Virus record (IMG/VR): IMGVR_UViG_3300005670_000019
Source of the DNA: a virus
Taxonomy: Duplodnaviria > Caudoviricetes
Reading direction: 5' to 3' (one strand)
Length of the DNA: 64,000 nucleotides
Below the pieces are notes generated by a model. That model was not told the origin of the DNA. It saw nothing but the letters and a program-made list of their open reading frames with translations, and ran no database searches. A program made the translations under genes and the position numbers. This document shows, piece after piece, positions 44,677 to 55,792 of the stretch (position 1 is the stretch's first letter; each line of letters begins with the position of its first letter).

Positions 44677-47600
44677 TATGCACCCCTAAGTGTTTCTACA
44701 GTAAGAAAGAAATCATCAAAACGTAAGTCATCTTGTTTTTTCAATTTCATTATTCCTTGAGTTTCAAATAGTGCTTCATCAATCAATGAAAGAAATTCTC
44801 TCTTTTCAAGGAGGCGTCGTCCACTTTCTGTCAAACGAGTTGCCTCAACATCTATTTCAAAATCATCAACATTCAAAAGAAATGTAAATGTTCTATCAAA
44901 CTTCTTCGGACTAATCACAAGCTCTTGAACGTATTCTGGTTTGGACAAAATGTTTCCAAATGAAATCAGTTGCAACATGTCTCGAATTTCAACAGGTACA
45001 CTTTCGTTTGTTAGAAGTTCGTTGACATTTGTTGAAGGAAGATTGTATCTCATATCATTTCGAATGTAATCCAAAACAAGATTTGACAAATCAGGATTGA
45101 ATTCTGCTTCTGCTTCATAAAGCGGATTGTAAGTAAAGTTTCTCTCAGTCAGGTCTATTCCAGTTACTATATTCATATATTCATTCAAAAGGTTTGATTG
45201 AACATGATTAGAAACCATCTGTCTTATTTCGAATGGTTGAAGGAAATTGTAAGAAGTTGAGTTTTGCAAATCTCTCAAGTTTACTTTTTGTCCGTCTGTT
45301 TTTGACAAGTCTCTAAGAGTAATTGTTTCAAGAAGTCTTTCAAAGTCATAAAATCTTCCATTTCTTTCCAAGACAAAAGATGGATCTTGATAAAGGCTCA
45401 AGTCAAATAACAATTTTTTAGGCTTGAAGACAAGTTCTTCTCTTCTCAAATCACGTTTGTAAACATTGATTGAAACAACGTCAAATTCTTTGTCAACAAA
45501 ACTTGTTCTGGTGATCGCGTCTCCATTAATTCTATCACTAATTTGATTGGTCATATTTTGAGGAAGTCCAATTGAGACTACTTTCAATTTTGACCTTTCA
45601 TTACCAATGTCTTGAAGTTCCTTTTGAGAAAGAAAAGACAGCAGCGCATTATAAATGTTGTTTTGAAAACCATCAAAGATAACAAAATTGCTGTTTTGAA
45701 TTTGCCTTCCTCTTGTTACTTTTCTTGGATTTCTGTCTGTCATAGACAGAAAATCTTGATAGATGTTCTCCATTGTATCAACTTGGGTTCTTGATTTCAA
45801 CAAACTCAAGTCCTCTTCTTGATTTCCCAATGCAAGGAACTGTTGAATGAGATTGGTTGTAAGATTCGAAGAAACTTTTGCTTTTCCATCCATTAGCATT
45901 GCTTCGATCTTTTCAAAGATATGCAAGAAGTTTTCAACAATCAAATTCTCCGTTGCCAATTTATTTCTAATTGAACGGAGGGAAATGAAGTATTCAAAAC
46001 CACGGAAAATATCCGGACGTAGAGCAATATCTCTAAAGAAACGATCATTGGCTCCAATGTTCTTGAATGTGTTGAGCATATTTGTGAAATCCGCCAGAGA
46101 TTTCACATTTGTTCCTGCTAATGGACTACGTAGTGCATCCACCAAAAGATTTGAAGGCAGCACAGATTTATTCAAAACGTTTGAGACAGAAGAAGCACCA
46201 CTGGTCCCCTCGCCAGAAGAACGGAATAATAAGTTGCTATTCGACAAAAGAGTATTTGGGATAATCTTTGGGATGGTTGTGCCTGCTAATTGCCCTGCAA
46301 AAGTGCCTAGTGGAACATAACCAATTAGAGATACTTTCGGGGTGGCAGCGAGCTTTTGTTGAATAATATTCTCCAATGATCCTATAATCAGACCATGCAT
46401 ATCGGTGGCGTGTTCAATTTTGAATCCTGATGATGCAGAATTCTTTGAAAAGGATTGGAAAGAGTATTTCTCAAGAAAAGAAGCAAATGTTTCAAAAATC
46501 AAAAGAAAGATTGTTGTTGATGACAAGAAATTAAATCTTGTTCTGTGGCTAAGATCATTCAGTAAGTGAACTGGGTTTGCAATGTCAGAAGCCAGTCGAT
46601 ATGTACTTGTGTACATATCAATGATTGCTTTTATCGTGTTGTTTGATGAAACTCCAGATGCTTCAACACTTTCAACAAGAGTTGAAGTTATTGCACCATC
46701 AGCAAGACTTAGAATGTTTCCATTTCCAAAGGAGCCAAGCAAGGAAGAAGGAATGTTTAGTTGCAGATTTGATAGTTGATTTCTCAACGTTCCATTTAGA
46801 ACATTGATTTCCAAAGTGTTTGTTCTTCTAGAGGAAGATCGTGTTGTTGTAACAAGAGTCTTTACTCTTGCTTCGATATCACTTGCAAGTCGACGCAACA
46901 ATTCACTAAACTCAACAGTTCGGTCTGAAACAAATGGATCTTCCCCTGGTTCCAAACGAACAAAATTTAGACTTGAAAAAGTTCTCTTTAGGTCACTGAT
47001 GAAATGTTGGATTGAACCACGTTGTTCTTCTTCTTTGGAAGAATCCAGTGCTGCAAGAATACAAAACTGGAACAACATGTTTTTCAAAACAAGGTCTGTG
47101 TTTGAAAGTTTGAATACAGCGTTTATGATTAGTTGATCAGTGTTCAATGAATTCTTGTCGACAGTTCCCTCAATACTTGCGCGAAACATTGAACTGAACA
47201 TATCAAACAAGTTATCTGGAACGAGTCCTGATGAAATCTGTTGATCAAGTTGAAGAAGTTTTGTTATTGAGTTTCTTACAGAAGAACTGACTTTTACATA
47301 TCTAGAAACAAAATCAGTGTACGGTTGAATGTTGAAGCCTTGAGCAGGAGTAACTGACTGAACAATAGTTTCAGCCAAATATTCACTACCCGGTACATAT
47401 GTTTTTTTCACACTTTCAAAGTCAATGTATTTGTTTTCAAATGGTAAAACTGCAACATCTTCATTGATATCAATTCGGAAAATTGAAGCAAGAGAACCTT
47501 CTCCAAGAGGCGCATCAAAAATGGTTGTATTTACCGTTCCAAGAATATTATCGAAAGGATTACCTTCTGTTCCCTGTCCGAAATCTCTTTGAATGTCATT

Positions 47601-48725
47601 TTGAATTTGAGTAGTTCCCAAACCTTTTGAAACTCTCAGTTCTTTTGATAGTAGGTTGATTAAAAGTTTGATCTTATCATCAGGATTTACTGGAAGACTT
47701 GAAACAAATTGAGAAAAAAATGATGTTTCTGATGCGTTTAGTGGTTCAATTGGAGAACGAATTGAATTTACATTGAACGTAAAGCCATCGGTCAAATCAT
47801 ATGTTGTGTCTAGTGTTACTGGTGAAAAATTACTTGGTCGATCGGTATCAACAATATCAAATAAGTTGTAGGAGTAATTCTCCAAGATTTTTCTCAAATC
47901 AAAAGTCATCTGAAGGAGGATTTTGCTTTCAGCAAACTGGTTCCAGTTGTCTTCAGTGAATTGAAGATGACTTGTAAAAAAATCCTTCAAAGTTTTGAAT
48001 TTCTTTGTGTCATATACAGAACTTGGATATTTTTTGATATCCAAGGCTTTGTTTACAACTTGGACATTTGAAAGAATCTGATTGTAAATCTTTAGACTTT
48101 CTCCAATGTTTCTTATTCTTTGATCATAATCAGAACGAAGTCGAGACAAGTTTGCTCTTCCATTTCTGGAATTCTCCAACTGTTCAAAGATGTAGACAAG
48201 TGTCTCAAACCTGATTTTTGATGCTTGATATTGGAAATCAATTAAGTTTCCAACTCCAGTCAGTTGTCCATTATTGAAGGCTGAAAGAAAGTCTGTAACG
48301 GTTAGAATCTCTGGACGGTACGATGAGATTCCATCTTTTTCAACTGGAACAAAAGAACCGTTCAAGATAGTGTTTCTAGAAACATCAAGCGTGTCTGTTG
48401 ATAACTCTCTAAAGTCACGGATTCTGGAAACAACATCAACTCCAGTTCGACGTCTCAATCCTTCCAAAACTTCAACAACACCATTTCCTGTAATTCTTCG
48501 ATTGACTTGATCTTGCAATGGAGCAGAAGAAATATCTCCAATTTGCCCAGCAACATCGTCTCTCAATCTAGAACCAGTAAATCCAGAAGATGATGGACTT
48601 TCTGCCGGTGTACTTGATGGTGTGCTCGATGGTCTTGGTAGGTTTGGAATAGGAGTTCCAGTGACTTGAATTCCTCCAAGACTTGCTCCACGTCCCCTAA
48701 CTCCTAATCCGAAATATCTGGTCAT
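44676..48725 (-). CDS. large hypothetical (putative virion) protein
   Basis: 1349-aa ORF in the structural module. Confidence 0.65.
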   Translation of the reverse strand: MTRYFGLGVRGRGASLGGIQVTGTPIPNLPRPSSTPSSTPAESPSSSGFTGSRLRDDVAGQIGDISSAPLQDQVNRRITGNGVVEVLEGLRRRTGVDVVSRIRDFRELSTDTLDVSRNTILNGSFVPVEKDGISSYRPEILTVTDFLSAFNNGQLTGVGNLIDFQYQASKIRFETLVYIFEQLENSRNGRANLSRLRSDYDQRIRNIGESLKIYNQILSNVQVVNKALDIKKYPSSVYDTKKFKTLKDFFTSHLQFTEDNWNQFAESKILLQMTFDLRKILENYSYNLFDIVDTDRPSNFSPVTLDTTYDLTDGFTFNVNSIRSPIEPLNASETSFFSQFVSSLPVNPDDKIKLLINLLSKELRVSKGLGTTQIQNDIQRDFGQGTEGNPFDNILGTVNTTIFDAPLGEGSLASIFRIDINEDVAVLPFENKYIDFESVKKTYVPGSEYLAETIVQSVTPAQGFNIQPYTDFVSRYVKVSSSVRNSITKLLQLDQQISSGLVPDNLFDMFSSMFRASIEGTVDKNSLNTDQLIINAVFKLSNTDLVLKNMLFQFCILAALDSSKEEEQRGSIQHFISDLKRTFSSLNFVRLEPGEDPFVSDRTVEFSELLRRLASDIEARVKTLVTTTRSSSRRTNTLEINVLNGTLRNQLSNLQLNIPSSLLGSFGNGNILSLADGAITSTLVESVEASGVSSNNTIKAIIDMYTSTYRLASDIANPVHLLNDLSHRTRFNFLSSTTIFLLIFETFASFLEKYSFQSFSKNSASSGFKIEHATDMHGLIIGSLENIIQQKLAATPKVSLIGYVPLGTFAGQLAGTTIPKIIPNTLLSNSNLLFRSSGEGTSGASSVSNVLNKSVLPSNLLVDALRSPLAGTNVKSLADFTNMLNTFKNIGANDRFFRDIALRPDIFRGFEYFISLRSIRNKLATENLIVENFLHIFEKIEAMLMDGKAKVSSNLTTNLIQQFLALGNQEEDLSLLKSRTQVDTMENIYQDFLSMTDRNPRKVTRGRQIQNSNFVIFDGFQNNIYNALLSFLSQKELQDIGNERSKLKVVSIGLPQNMTNQISDRINGDAITRTSFVDKEFDVVSINVYKRDLRREELVFKPKKLLFDLSLYQDPSFVLERNGRFYDFERLLETITLRDLSKTDGQKVNLRDLQNSTSYNFLQPFEIRQMVSNHVQSNLLNEYMNIVTGIDLTERNFTYNPLYEAEAEFNPDLSNLVLDYIRNDMRYNLPSTNVNELLTNESVPVEIRDMLQLISFGNILSKPEYVQELVISPKKFDRTFTFLLNVDDFEIDVEATRLTESGRRLLEKREFLSLIDEALFETQGIMKLKKQDDLRFDDFFLTVETLRGA

Positions 48726-48735
48726 TCTTTCACCG

Positions 48736-51174
48736 TTATTCTACCACAACCGTATTTGTTTTTACTTCAGCGCCTCGTCCCTGATCTTGATAAACTGGAA
48801 TTATGATGTATGTCAATCCACCCTTTTCATTGTTTGTCAAGTTGTCCAAAAATCTGAAATGGTTTGTGTTTCCGAGAGCATGAGATTTTCCAACGACTGT
48901 TCTAATCCCAAGAACCTCAAGAATAACTATGAAGTGGTCTATTTTCTTTAGAGTTCCTTTTACATTCCAAGAAATTAGAACCTTTGAGTTTGAAATTTTT
49001 GAAGCAACAGCCTGTTCAACAATTGGAATGTTGTCAGCCAAGGAAACTGTTGTGGTTGTAATGTCAACTACGTCACCGAAAGTAAAATCACTTTCCGCAA
49101 AGTTTCTCTTTCTACTTTCAGGAGTTGAAAGAGTTCCTTGGTTGAGTGCCAACGGATGTTTCCATTTGAATGGTTGATAAGTGTATCCTCTAGAACCAGA
49201 AACAGTTGTTCTAATTGATGACAACAAACTGTCCGTTGCTCTTAGGTAAGTTGTCACTTTGTATTGATAGCGAGCTCCGGCTTCAATTGGTTTTACTGAT
49301 GAGTTTTTTTGATATTTCAAGTCTGAAAATGATGGTTCTCTTATCACACCAAAATCCTCAAGTTCACCAGTTACCATATTGAACCTCTCAACCTTGTATG
49401 AAAACAATTTTTGAAGTTGAGATCGGTCTGCCTGAATAGCGTCTGCGTACTCTGTGAGCCCCTGTGAGGCGAGTGCATTTTTCACAAGGTCAATCTGCCC
49501 AGGAATTATCTCAGAGGTTATAGAGAATGTTGTATCGTATTCGTTGCCCACTGTAATGACAGTTGGAGATAGTATTTTTGTGTTGACAATGTTGGAAGAG
49601 ATTGGTTTGAAACCAATTGTTGAAGTTGATGTCGAATCAACTTCAAAACCGTCTTTATAAATCATCCTGATTTTGTAGTCATAAATTTTATCAAGATTGA
49701 CTGTTGTATCTTCAAAAATAAGAGGAGCGGAACTTTCATCGGTGATTTGAAAAATGTTTGAAATTGTAGAATACTTGGTTTCTTTGTTGCTTAGATTTTT
49801 TCTCAAAACGCACCAAGAAATTGGACCTGCTGGCATCGAGCGAACTTCAACTTTTACACCGTTTGAAAAATTTTCTGTGTTGATAGAAACAGAAGATGGT
49901 CTTTGTTGTCTCTTCTTGTTTGACAAAGAGAATGAATTTTCAACATCTACAAAAGCAGAAGAAAATTCGGCACCCATTACACCGTTTGTTCCAACCGGAA
50001 CAGCTCGATAAATCGTTGGTGACAATCCGGGCAAAACATCCAGAACTCTAACATATTCCGCTCCTTGAACAGAATACCTTCCAACCTCAACAAAGCTTTC
50101 TTCGGAAGAAGGTGCGTCTTTCTTGATTTGTTTTCTATAGAGAAAAATTTGTGTTGCAGTTGGATCAACTTGCTTTAGGGCAATATCAACAAAGTTGTTG
50201 TTTACTCTTGGAAGAACCTCAATCATCGGAGCTTTTGTTGGAATGTTTAGATTTTCAACATTCTTCAAATGTGGAACATAGAAATTATAGATACCTTGAA
50301 CAACATTCTGTTTTGTTTTGTGAAGTAAGGTAAAATAAAAATTGTCTGTATTCAAATCTCCAACTGGAATAAGAATATCAAATGTTGCTGTTAGAAAATA
50401 TGTTTCTTCTTCAACAGGCATCATCAGGATTGCATCAGGCGGAAGACTGCGAAGAGCATCCGCAGTTCTATCATTCAGCAATGATCCAATGATTGAGTTC
50501 TTTTCTCTATCATTCAATCCTTGACTGATTGTCATCAACTTCTTTGGAGTTTTAGGTATTGTTCCATTGAAAGAAGAATTTGCAGTTCCAACAGTAAATG
50601 TTGGAGAACTGAAATCGGCTGGATCACGTTTTGTATCAAACAAAACCTTGTTCATGTCACTTTTCAAAACTGCATTATTTGCTGTTCTTGTTGAGGTGAC
50701 GATATTGCGTGAAAGGTTGTTTTCCAAAATAGGTGCAGAAACATTTTTTGACTGTAGGTCACCAACAGCCACGGGTTTCAATGTTCTTTTTTTCAATACA
50801 GCACTTTTATCAAAAGCATTTTGTATTTTTCCAATAGCGGTTTTTGGGAAAAAGGCAGTAAGATCAAGTTCCTTTGAAAAGAATGCCTCAATTTTAGTAG
50901 ACCTTGCCAAATCAATAGCAGAAGGTCTTTGAGTTTGAAGTTCCTTTACGATCAAATCAGGATTGAAGTTTGGGAAAATTTTTGGCTCAACTTTTTCATA
51001 AGCCTTTTCTCTACCGAGAAGAGTAACGGCAAATGACTTCTCTGCAAGAATTTTGTTGAAGTTGAAGTTCAATCTCATTTTATAATGAAAATATCCATCC
51101 TTGATTGTTTCCAACGTGATGCCATCTTTGGCAACATTCAACAACTCATTCTGTTTTTTTAGTTTGACTTTCAT
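48736..51174 (-). CDS. putative structural protein (Fn3/Ig-like repeats)
   Basis: 812 aa; repeated D....YxYxV patterns. Confidence 0.6.
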   Translation of the reverse strand: MKVKLKKQNELLNVAKDGITLETIKDGYFHYKMRLNFNFNKILAEKSFAVTLLGREKAYEKVEPKIFPNFNPDLIVKELQTQRPSAIDLARSTKIEAFFSKELDLTAFFPKTAIGKIQNAFDKSAVLKKRTLKPVAVGDLQSKNVSAPILENNLSRNIVTSTRTANNAVLKSDMNKVLFDTKRDPADFSSPTFTVGTANSSFNGTIPKTPKKLMTISQGLNDREKNSIIGSLLNDRTADALRSLPPDAILMMPVEEETYFLTATFDILIPVGDLNTDNFYFTLLHKTKQNVVQGIYNFYVPHLKNVENLNIPTKAPMIEVLPRVNNNFVDIALKQVDPTATQIFLYRKQIKKDAPSSEESFVEVGRYSVQGAEYVRVLDVLPGLSPTIYRAVPVGTNGVMGAEFSSAFVDVENSFSLSNKKRQQRPSSVSINTENFSNGVKVEVRSMPAGPISWCVLRKNLSNKETKYSTISNIFQITDESSAPLIFEDTTVNLDKIYDYKIRMIYKDGFEVDSTSTSTIGFKPISSNIVNTKILSPTVITVGNEYDTTFSITSEIIPGQIDLVKNALASQGLTEYADAIQADRSQLQKLFSYKVERFNMVTGELEDFGVIREPSFSDLKYQKNSSVKPIEAGARYQYKVTTYLRATDSLLSSIRTTVSGSRGYTYQPFKWKHPLALNQGTLSTPESRKRNFAESDFTFGDVVDITTTTVSLADNIPIVEQAVASKISNSKVLISWNVKGTLKKIDHFIVILEVLGIRTVVGKSHALGNTNHFRFLDNLTNNEKGGLTYIIIPVYQDQGRGAEVKTNTVVVE

Positions 51175-51184
51175 GGTAAATTCT

Positions 51185-52156
51185 TTAGCTGAGAATGATG
51201 GTGAACATGTTCACAAATGTGTCAACACCGTAGTTGTCTGTGAAGACTTTACCTGCGAAGAGCACTCTTTTCGCCACCGAGTTTTTTCCGGGAAAAGAAC
51301 CAAAATCAATAACATCAAGCTTTCGAGTTTCACCATCTTCGCCAACCTCAAAAAACTGAGCGAAGAAACGATTTTTCTTTGAAGTCTCAGTGAAATAGAT
51401 TGTTCTACCGTAACCGCTGTTTATTCTAGGTGCCAAATCATTTTCAAGTTCGTCTATAGTAAGGATCGGTGCCTGATTTATTCTTTCGTAGTTTCCTAGT
51501 GGTTCATTAGTTGAAGAACCAAGACGTCCCTTGTTGACAGGCGGCAAGAATTGAAAGTTTGGAATATGAGACAACCTTTTATCTTGGAAGAAACCCTCGA
51601 CTTGGTTGATATCAACTTCTTGAAGATCCACTTCTTCAATTGGATTATTGTCAGTGATAATGAATGGTTCTGGAGAAAGTGGTCCAACGATAAACTCATC
51701 ACGATTTTCATCAATCAATTCTGGTGAACCAAGAATACGACAACGCTTGTAGTTTTGAAGAGAACTTCCAAGCAGAGTATCCATTTGAGAAAGGTAAGCT
51801 TGACCAGTAAGTGTCTCTTGTGTGCCAGACACAGTAATCATGATTTGTCCAGGAGCTACAGAAAGAGTTGAGGATGTAATCCCGAACAACGAGTTTGCAA
51901 GAGTTTTGGAAATCAGTCTACCGCTATCATCAGCTTCAAAGGTTATCGTATCCTGTGGAAGAGAACAAATTTCCAGTTGAGGTCTGTCAATAGCTTCGAG
52001 ACTTCCTGAAACAATCGTATCCTCATTGTAAACTGCTGTTGCATCAGAAAAAGAATAGAACTCTGCACGCAAACGACCCTCCGCCAACTGCCTTTTTCCT
52101 TCGGCGGTTAGAATGGTATCGAGAAACCTTGTTTTTGGGTCGAGAAAACCTGACAT
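51185..52156 (-). CDS. virion structural protein
   Basis: LDTILTAEGKRQLA N-terminus. Confidence 0.65.
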   Translation of the reverse strand: MSGFLDPKTRFLDTILTAEGKRQLAEGRLRAEFYSFSDATAVYNEDTIVSGSLEAIDRPQLEICSLPQDTITFEADDSGRLISKTLANSLFGITSSTLSVAPGQIMITVSGTQETLTGQAYLSQMDTLLGSSLQNYKRCRILGSPELIDENRDEFIVGPLSPEPFIITDNNPIEEVDLQEVDINQVEGFFQDKRLSHIPNFQFLPPVNKGRLGSSTNEPLGNYERINQAPILTIDELENDLAPRINSGYGRTIYFTETSKKNRFFAQFFEVGEDGETRKLDVIDFGSFPGKNSVAKRVLFAGKVFTDNYGVDTFVNMFTIILS

Positions 52157-52268
52157 ACCTTCTAAATATTATGGTTTCAGCTTTCATGGTTTTCTTTCTT
52201 CTTTTCATTTGAATGCATTTTTTGAAAAAGGCGTCGGTCTGTGCTACGCCTAAACCAAGGAGAATATT

Positions 52269-52532
52269 ATGTCCGTAGAAAATCTCGAATATGCCCTCGC
52301 GACCCTTGAGGATGCCCTAAACGATCCTTACGCTTTGGAGATCGACCGCCAGGTTTTGAAGGATTGTGCCGATCAGGTGAACATTGCCCTGTGGCTTTTG
52401 TTCGTGGAAGGAATGAGTTTCTTCTATTGGGACCAGCTCGATCAGCTCAAATTGCTCGGGGTTTCTGCGAAAGAGTTGGATCTTTTGAAAACCATGATCG
52501 AGCTGCTTCAAAAGCATCCTTCATCGCAATGA
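52269..52532 (+). CDS. hypothetical protein
   Basis: AAGGAG RBS; first gene of the plus-strand island. Confidence 0.6.
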   Translation: MSVENLEYALATLEDALNDPYALEIDRQVLKDCADQVNIALWLLFVEGMSFFYWDQLDQLKLLGVSAKELDLLKTMIELLQKHPSSQ

Positions 52533-52614
52533 TTACAGTGAAGACGGAATTACAGTTACACTGTATTTGATCCCATTTCTTGAAAAACGACCAGACCTCT
52601 GTTATGGTGTGAGA

Positions 52615-53058
52615 ATGTATTTCGTTTTCACATGCAGGCACCGACAGTCCGTCGATTCCCGAACGGATGACGGATCGGGTTGGCTCGAAGAGGAGCGTTC
52701 ACACGAATACAGCGATTTCGCTGTGTCCGTTGTTGAGGACACTCAATATGACGCTTCCTCTCTTGGAAGCGGCTATTTCGAGAGCTTTTTCTCGAAGCCT
52801 ATCGCGAACGAAGCGTTGAATTCCGCTGTTTACGTGGTCGTAAAGTACGTCACCATGCGTGATACGTTCAATGTCGACCACGACCTTCTCGAAGTTGCCT
52901 ATTTCGGGCAAGACTTCGAAATTGCTCAAAAAATCCTCGAAGATATCGAGGACGAAAAGAACCTTGCGTCAAGCGGCTACTTCGCGGACGAGATCACCGG
53001 GAGTGACCTCATGACGTTCAAGGCACCCTTCGCAGTCCTGCCACAGCGCAAAAAGTAA
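52615..53058 (+). CDS. acidic hypothetical protein
   Basis: Continuous ORF in the island; start uncertain. Confidence 0.55.
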   Translation: MYFVFTCRHRQSVDSRTDDGSGWLEEERSHEYSDFAVSVVEDTQYDASSLGSGYFESFFSKPIANEALNSAVYVVVKYVTMRDTFNVDHDLLEVAYFGQDFEIAQKILEDIEDEKNLASSGYFADEITGSDLMTFKAPFAVLPQRKK

Positions 53059-53200
53059 TAGTGTCCTTATTTGGGGACACCCTTTTCGAAAGCTTCCCTT
53101 GTAATTTCAAGGGTTTAGGAGCCTGAAAAAAAGTTCTCCTATTTCTTGAAAATCGCTCTTGGGTATGCTAACTTAGAAGCATAAGGAAAAGGAAAACAAC

Positions 53201-53848
53201 ATGTCGATCACCTCCAAGGATGGCAAGTCGTTTCACGTTGGCATGGTCGTGGCTACGGTCACGAAGCACGACGTGCGAATCATGAGTGACGTGTGGGCGA
53301 ACGTCACGTACGCCGTGGTCTATCAGCCGACCGGCGAGGAGAACATCGAGGATAGCTTCCGCTATCACACGACCCCTTGGAAGGAGTTTTACAAGCTCGA
53401 CCAGGGCATGTTCACTTTCGTTCGCCTTTCGTGCAGCGAGTTTGGAATGAACTCGAACGTCCAGGGCTACAACATCGATGCTTCTCCTGAAATTCAGGAG
53501 ATTTACCAGGCTTGGTTGCGTGGTAAGGACTTCGCGAGCAAGCTCCACGTCTACGACTCGGACGAGTGGCGGATTCAGGAAGGACGTCGCCGCATCGAGA
53601 CTGGTCGTTTCGCTCGCGTCGTGAAGGGTCGAAAGGTTCCAAAGGGAACCGTGGGCAAGATTTTTTGGGTCGGCGACAAGGGTTACGGTCCTTGTGTCGG
53701 ACTCGCTCTTCCTTCCGATGACGGTGTCATTCGTGGGAAGGAAATCACCACGAAGTACGGAAAGAAGATCACGAGCTACGAGAAGACGGTTTTCGTTGCA
53801 AGCTCGTATGTTGCGGTGACGGACGGTCTGGACGGTCGCGTCCTCTGA
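53201..53848 (+). CDS. hypothetical protein
   Basis: AAGGA RBS; promoter at ~53146; VVKGRKVPKGTVGKIFW segment. Confidence 0.7.
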   Translation: MSITSKDGKSFHVGMVVATVTKHDVRIMSDVWANVTYAVVYQPTGEENIEDSFRYHTTPWKEFYKLDQGMFTFVRLSCSEFGMNSNVQGYNIDASPEIQEIYQAWLRGKDFASKLHVYDSDEWRIQEGRRRIETGRFARVVKGRKVPKGTVGKIFWVGDKGYGPCVGLALPSDDGVIRGKEITTKYGKKITSYEKTVFVASSYVAVTDGLDGRVL

Positions 53849-54007
53849 TCCAAAACAAAAACGATAGCTTAGATGCGGCAGGCTGGGATTCGGGATGTTC
53901 CTGTGTTCCAGCCTTGCTGTAATTGGTGGGGTCTGTAAACCCCAACCTCCTGTTCAACATCACTGTAATTGCAGCGTAACTAAAACAAAAAATTCGACAA
54001 GCATTAG

Positions 54008-54036
54008 TTGAAAATCAACCTCCAGCCTGTTATATT
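54008..54036 (+). promoter_or_regulatory. sigma70-like promoter
   Basis: TTGAAA-N17-TATATT with extended -10 TG; similar element at 56082-56110. Confidence 0.65.
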
Positions 54037-54042
54037 GTAATC

Positions 54043-54243
54043 ATGGGAAAGACGGTTAGCAAGGCACAGCGGTTCTCGAAGCGTGATAGCCGGGACCACG
54101 AAGACATGAAGGGCTTCCTCCGCTCGAAGCAGAAGGGACCGCAAAAGATGCGTCCCCGAGACTATCGCGAGCTGACGAGTGAAGATTGGCAAAGCCTCTT
54201 GCTCGAAGAGCTTGCCGAATCATCTTCGGATCCGGGTGAGTGA
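54043..54243 (+). CDS. small hypothetical protein (probably leaderless)
   Basis: ATG 7 nt after the -10 element. Confidence 0.55.
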   Translation: MGKTVSKAQRFSKRDSRDHEDMKGFLRSKQKGPQKMRPRDYRELTSEDWQSLLLEELAESSSDPGE

Positions 54244-54274
54244 ACGTTCTAACGATTCCATTCGAAAGAAAACC

Positions 54275-54727
54275 ATGCGAAACAGTCGACAGCTAAAGAA
54301 GGCAGTACAGGCGAGCCTCGAAGTGGCAGAGGCACTTGCTCTCGTCAGTGACGAACGATTCCAGAGTCGAGCGCGTGCTCTGATCAAGTCGCAACAGCAA
54401 ATCGACGAGCGCCTTTTGGAGCTTTTCGCGGACGTGCGTAAGGCAGAAGGTGTGCGCGAAGAGCACGTTCGTCCACCGGACGAACCTTACGACGTGGGAA
54501 CATGGGTTCACGTTCGTGTGAAGGTGATGGACGGTGGTGGAGCGAAGTTTGCTGCCGATGACATTCGTCGCTTGGAGCATCCTCTCGTTCGATGCCTGAT
54601 CGTTCAGAACCATCTTTCGCCAGGTTGGAAGCTTCCAAAGGGCGGCTACTTTCTGGAGACGGAAGAGGGTGAGCAGAAGCTTTCGTTCCTTTTCTTCGAG
54701 GAAGATTTCGAAAAGGTTGGGTGGTGA
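54275..54727 (+). CDS. hypothetical protein
   Basis: Continuous ORF in the island. Confidence 0.6.
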   Translation: MRNSRQLKKAVQASLEVAEALALVSDERFQSRARALIKSQQQIDERLLELFADVRKAEGVREEHVRPPDEPYDVGTWVHVRVKVMDGGGAKFAADDIRRLEHPLVRCLIVQNHLSPGWKLPKGGYFLETEEGEQKLSFLFFEEDFEKVGW

Positions 54728-54728
54728 C

Positions 54729-54983
54729 ATGAATCCGAACGCAACCGAAACTGAGAAGATGCTCCGCCTCGACGAGTTGAAGGACAAGATTGAATGCGCT
54801 CAACGAGCCCGTAATCATCTATCGAACGCGTACGGGGACGGGATTGTTGCTGAGCTTTTCGAGGCTGGCGATAGGGACCGGCTTCTCCGACTTGAGGAGA
54901 GTGCAAAGAGGATCATTTACGACCTTTGCACGGAATATGACGAACTTCACCGCGAGATTTATGGGGTGCGGGAGTCGGATTGA
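54729..54983 (+). CDS. hypothetical coiled-coil protein
   Basis: Coupled ORF. Confidence 0.55.
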   Translation: MNPNATETEKMLRLDELKDKIECAQRARNHLSNAYGDGIVAELFEAGDRDRLLRLEESAKRIIYDLCTEYDELHREIYGVRESD

Positions 54984-55007
54984 CCAAAACTTGGTGAGAC
55001 AATAAAC

Positions 55008-55367
55008 ATGAGACTTCTTTGGAAACTTTTTTTGGATGACGAACGTGACCTTGCCTATATCGGCGAGGAAGGTCATCTTGAGTGGCGCGTGGCTCGCTCT
55101 GTTGAAGAGGCAAAAAAGCTTGTCGAAAAGCTTGGAATGCCTGTTGAAATGTCTCTCGATCACGACCTTGGTGTTGTGAATGGAGAATGCTCGACGACGA
55201 TGGAGTTTCTCAAGTGGCTCCAAGAATGGTGGGACGCAAACAAGCGTCCGCGTGTCCCGGATTTCCAAGCTCACAGCGCCAATCCCGTAGGTGTGCAGAA
55301 CATTCGAAGTTTCATGCGGAGCTGGCTTCGTTTCGAAGAAATGGAGAACAATGTTCCTAACAGTTGA
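55008..55367 (+). CDS. cyclic-phosphate-processing receiver-like domain protein
   Basis: LFLDDER...SLDHDLG...HSANPVG motifs. Confidence 0.75.
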   Translation: MRLLWKLFLDDERDLAYIGEEGHLEWRVARSVEEAKKLVEKLGMPVEMSLDHDLGVVNGECSTTMEFLKWLQEWWDANKRPRVPDFQAHSANPVGVQNIRSFMRSWLRFEEMENNVPNS

Positions 55368-55460
55368 GGAGCTGGAAAAGCTTCCGGCGTGGAATAAGTT
55401 TCGAAACAGTCATGATGTTTCGGCAGTATCTAAAGGTTCCAATAAACCGAAGGCAACTGA

Positions 55461-55706
55461 ATGAAAATCATTATTCGATCCCCTCTGCATAAACAGGCAA
55501 GAGCAGAGCTTTCTGAGGTGTATAAAAAGATTTGCACGTTGCTCAAAAAGCGCAATTTCATACCTCTTCAAGTGTTTACACCTGTATATGAAGGAAACAC
55601 ACTCACTCTTGAGTTTAGGCAGACCGAGCATGTCATTCTGGTTCTAAATGAGCTTAGATGGCTTTTGGCACAGAAAGCCACATGGAATTATGAGGTCCTG
55701 CGGTGA
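55461..55706 (+). CDS. hypothetical protein
   Basis: 81-aa ORF. Confidence 0.5.
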   Translation: MKIIIRSPLHKQARAELSEVYKKICTLLKKRNFIPLQVFTPVYEGNTLTLEFRQTEHVILVLNELRWLLAQKATWNYEVLR

Positions 55707-55792
55707 ATTCTATAGCAAATTTGAACGACACCCTCGTTGGCAGCAGGTTTTTGAGCAAACTGAAGAGTCAGTTCTAGTTGATTGGAGTCAAT